Below the pieces are notes generated by a model. The model had not been told where the DNA came from, did no database searches, and saw only the letters and a program-made list of their open reading frames with translations. Shown piece after piece: positions 37,871 to 40,473 of a stretch of 40,473 nucleotides of DNA. Source of the stretch: Chiloscyllium plagiosum (lineage: Eukaryota). The stretch lies in NCBI RefSeq assembly GCF_004010195.1, contig NC_057759.1, forward strand, positions 2,171,237 to 2,211,709. Direction: 5' to 3'. Positions within the stretch are counted from its first letter, which is position 1; each line of letters begins with the position of its first letter. Position numbers and translations under genes: made by a program.

Positions 37871-38254
37871 AGTTAGGCAAGATTAAACTGATCAGTGTGA
37901 CAGTCAGTTAATAATCATTAGGGTATTTTCAAACCTAGCAATTCAAACAGAACCAGGTTTTGATTCCACTCTTTCCCTGAGTTGCTCCTGGTCTCGGTTT
38001 CTTTTATTTGCAACTTTGTGACAATTGGGTGAGATCCAGAACTAATATCTGTTCACCTCCATGAATGGGAATTCCTGAAGCAGCTGCAATGCATCAATAG
38101 TAAGCTGCCAAAACACTAAATGTTGAAGGAAGGAACAAGGGACGCTATGTCCAATGCTTTACTCGAAACTTCAAATCTGTTCACTCTGATATGTGTCCTT
38201 TATAGGATTGTCACAAAATTATGGTCTGTGCTTCCATTATTCACCGCCCAACAT

Positions 38255-38523
38255 CAACAAACAGCGTGAAACAGAAGCCAAACAATGAATTCCCATCAGT
38301 GTTCAGAGGATTGTAAACCCCAAGAATGTCCCACAGCAGCTTCTTCCCGCTCTGCCTCCCTCAGCAGGCCCACACACAGCCCGAGAAAGGCCTCTCTCTT
38401 CCCCCCAGCCCGCTCACTCCAAGTTCCGGGACCAGTTCCTGCTCCGCTCGGCCTCTTACAAACAGCCCCCGGTTCTCCCTGAACTCACCCCGAATCAATC
38501 CCGGTCTCGGAGCCCCCTCTGTG
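38255..38523. repeat. 269-bp GC/CpG-rich block, paralog of 16344-16612
   Basis: Ungapped alignment. Contains minus-strand GG|GTGAGT at 38483-38490. Confidence 0.92.
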
Positions 38524-38599
38524 TCCCAAAGGAGCCTGCTGTTCCCTCGCTTCCCTGGGCGCTGATCTCTCCATCGCGGTCTGTTTCAAACAAACCTCT

Positions 38600-38762
38600 T
38601 GCACTCACTGAGTAAATGCTCCTCAATGGCAGCACTGGGGGAGGGCCTCACGCATGCGCTCCTCTACTCAGGAACAGTCAGCTTTGGCGGAAGGGCAGTA
38701 TCGCGCATGCGCCAAAGGATGCAGGAATATTTTATTCACATTAAACTGACTGTGACAGCAGC
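38600..38762. promoter_or_regulatory. Putative CpG-type promoter with two NRF1 motifs, an ETS motif and a YY1-like motif
   Basis: ACGCATGCGC (38650-38659), GCGCATGCGC (38703-38712), GCGGAAG (38687-38693), AATGGCAGC (38625-38633). Locally CpG-rich in a CpG-poor window. Confidence 0.6.
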
Positions 38763-39361
38763 NNNNNNNNNNNNNNNNNNNNNNNNNNNNNNNNNNNNNN
38801 NNNNNNNNNNNNNNNNNNNNNNNNNNNNNNNNNNNNNNNNNNNNNNNNNNNNNNNNNNNNNNNNNNNNNNNNNNNNNNNNNNNNNNNNNNNNNNNNNNNN
38901 NNNNNNNNNNNNNNNNNNNNNNNNNNNNNNNNNNNNNNNNNNNNNNNNNNNNNNNNNNNNNNNNNNNNNNNNNNNNNNNNNNNNNNNNNNNNNNNNNNNN
39001 NNNNNNNNNNNNNNNNNNNNNNNNNNNNNNNNNNNNNNNNNNNNNNNNNNNNNNNNNNNNNNNNNNNNNNNNNNNNNNNNNNNNNNNNNNNNNNNNNNNN
39101 NNNNNNNNNNNNNNNNNNNNNNNNNNNNNNNNNNNNNNNNNNNNNNNNNNNNNNNNNNNNNNNNNNNNNNNNNNNNNNNNNNNNNNNNNNNNNNNNNNNN
39201 NNNNNNNNNNNNNNNNNNNNNNNNNNNNNNNNNNNNNNNNNNNNNNNNNNNNNNNNNNNNNNNNNNNNNNNNNNNNNNNNNNNNNNNNNNNNNNNNNNNN
39301 NNNNNNNNNNNNNNNNNNNNNNNNNNNNNNNNNNNNNNNNNNNNNNNNNNNNNNNNNNNNN

Positions 39362-39886
39362 CAGAAGGCGGAAAGGGGTGGGGAGGGAAATATATCCCTG
39401 ATGGTGGGGTTTTTTTGGAGGTGGCGGAAATGTCGGCGGATGATTTTGTTTATGTGAAGGTTGGTAGGGTGGAAGGTGAGCACCAGGGGCGTTCTGTCCT
39501 TGTTACGGTTGGAGGGGTGGAGTCTGAGGGCAGAGGTGCGGGACGTGGATGAGATGCGTTTGGAGGGCATCTTTAACCACATGGGAAGGGAAATTGCGGT
39601 CTCTAAAGATGTAGGCCATCTGGTGTGTTCTGTGGTGGAACTGGTCCTCCTGGGAGCAGATACGGTGGAGGCGGAGAAATTGGGAATATGGGATGGCATT
39701 TTTGCAAGAGGTAGGATGGGAAGAGGTGTAATCCAGGTAGCTGTGGGAGTCAGTGGGTTTGTAAAAAATGTCAGTGTCAAGTCGGTCGTCATTAATGGAG
39801 ACGGAGAGGTCCAGGAAGGGGAGGGAGGTGTCAGAGAATGTCCAGGTAAATTTAAGGTCAGGGTGGAATGTGTTGGTGAAGTTGAT
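39362..39886 (-). mobile_element. Penelope-like RT (C-terminal palm/thumb) fragment
   Basis: INFTNTFHPDLKFTW...FLDL...TDIFYKPTDSHSYLDYTSSHP..KNAIPYSQFLRLHRICS, then a frameshift to TPLVLTFHP. Confidence 0.92.
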
Positions 39887-40473
39887 CATACCCACTCCAG
39901 TTACTGGCTCCGCCCCCACCCCCAGCTCCACACCCACACCAGATCCCAGTTCCCATCCCTGCCGAGTTTTCACCATCCCTCCAGACCTTCCCCTCACTGA
40001 GGACGAACGATCAGTCCTCAGCAAAGGACTCACCTTCATCCCCCTCCGTCCACGCATCAATGAATTTAATACATGCCGTGACATTGAACACTTCTTCCGC
40101 CGCCTCCACCTCAGAGCTTACTTTCACAATCAGGACTCCCGCCCATCTTCCAAGGACCCCTTCGCCCACCTCCAACACACTGCATCCACCTGGACACCCC
40201 GCGCTGGCCTATTACCCGCCCTCAACCTCTTCATTTCCAAATGCCACCGGGACATTAACCACCTCAACCTGTCTACCCCCCTCCCCCATTCCAACTTCTC
40301 ACCCTCTCAATGCGAAGCCCTCCAATCCCTCTGCTCCAATCCCAACCTCACCATCAAGCCAGCAGATAAAGGGGGCACAGTGGTAGTCTGGCCCACTGAC
40401 TTTTACACCTCTGAAGCCAAACATCAACTCGAGGACACCTCTTCCTATTACCCCCTCGACCATGACCCCCCCC
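39887..40473 (+). mobile_element. Penelope-like ORF N-terminal region, opposite orientation, runs off the window
   Basis: Manual translation: PCRVFTIPPDLPLTEDERSVLSKGLTFIPLRP...FFRRLHLRAYF...NLTIKPADKGGTVVVW, containing the PLE KG..F.P and DKG motifs. Confidence 0.9.

Overview
This is eukaryotic, repeat-rich genomic DNA with six N-gaps. It is most likely from a shark or other elasmobranch, inferred from HE1/V-SINE-type SINEs, CR1/HER1-type LINEs and the Penelope-like elements. The only recognisable cellular genes are two replication-dependent histone loci on the minus strand. H2A (21677-22069) is intact but slightly divergent. H2B (23723-24077) has its natural ATG out of frame with the histone fold and is a probable pseudogene. 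Both keep a 3' stem-loop and HDE, and they share a homologous non-coding block downstream. The pair lies between two diverged paralogous units (~8.6-16.6 kb and ~26.3-38.5 kb). Each unit has two copies of an ~82-nt exon-like module, a degenerate ~49-bp satellite and a 269-bp highly conserved GC-rich block. In the right unit that block runs into an NRF1/ETS-type promoter, which suggests an unannotated minus-strand spliced transcript. The rest is retroelement debris: CR1, Rex1/Babar, SINEs and five Penelope-like insertions with inverted structure, four with visible 13-18 bp TSDs and several with minimal hammerhead-ribozyme motifs. One CR1 insertion is flanked by a ~550-bp near-identical duplication. 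All alignments were done by eye, and repeat boundaries are approximate unless a TSD is given.
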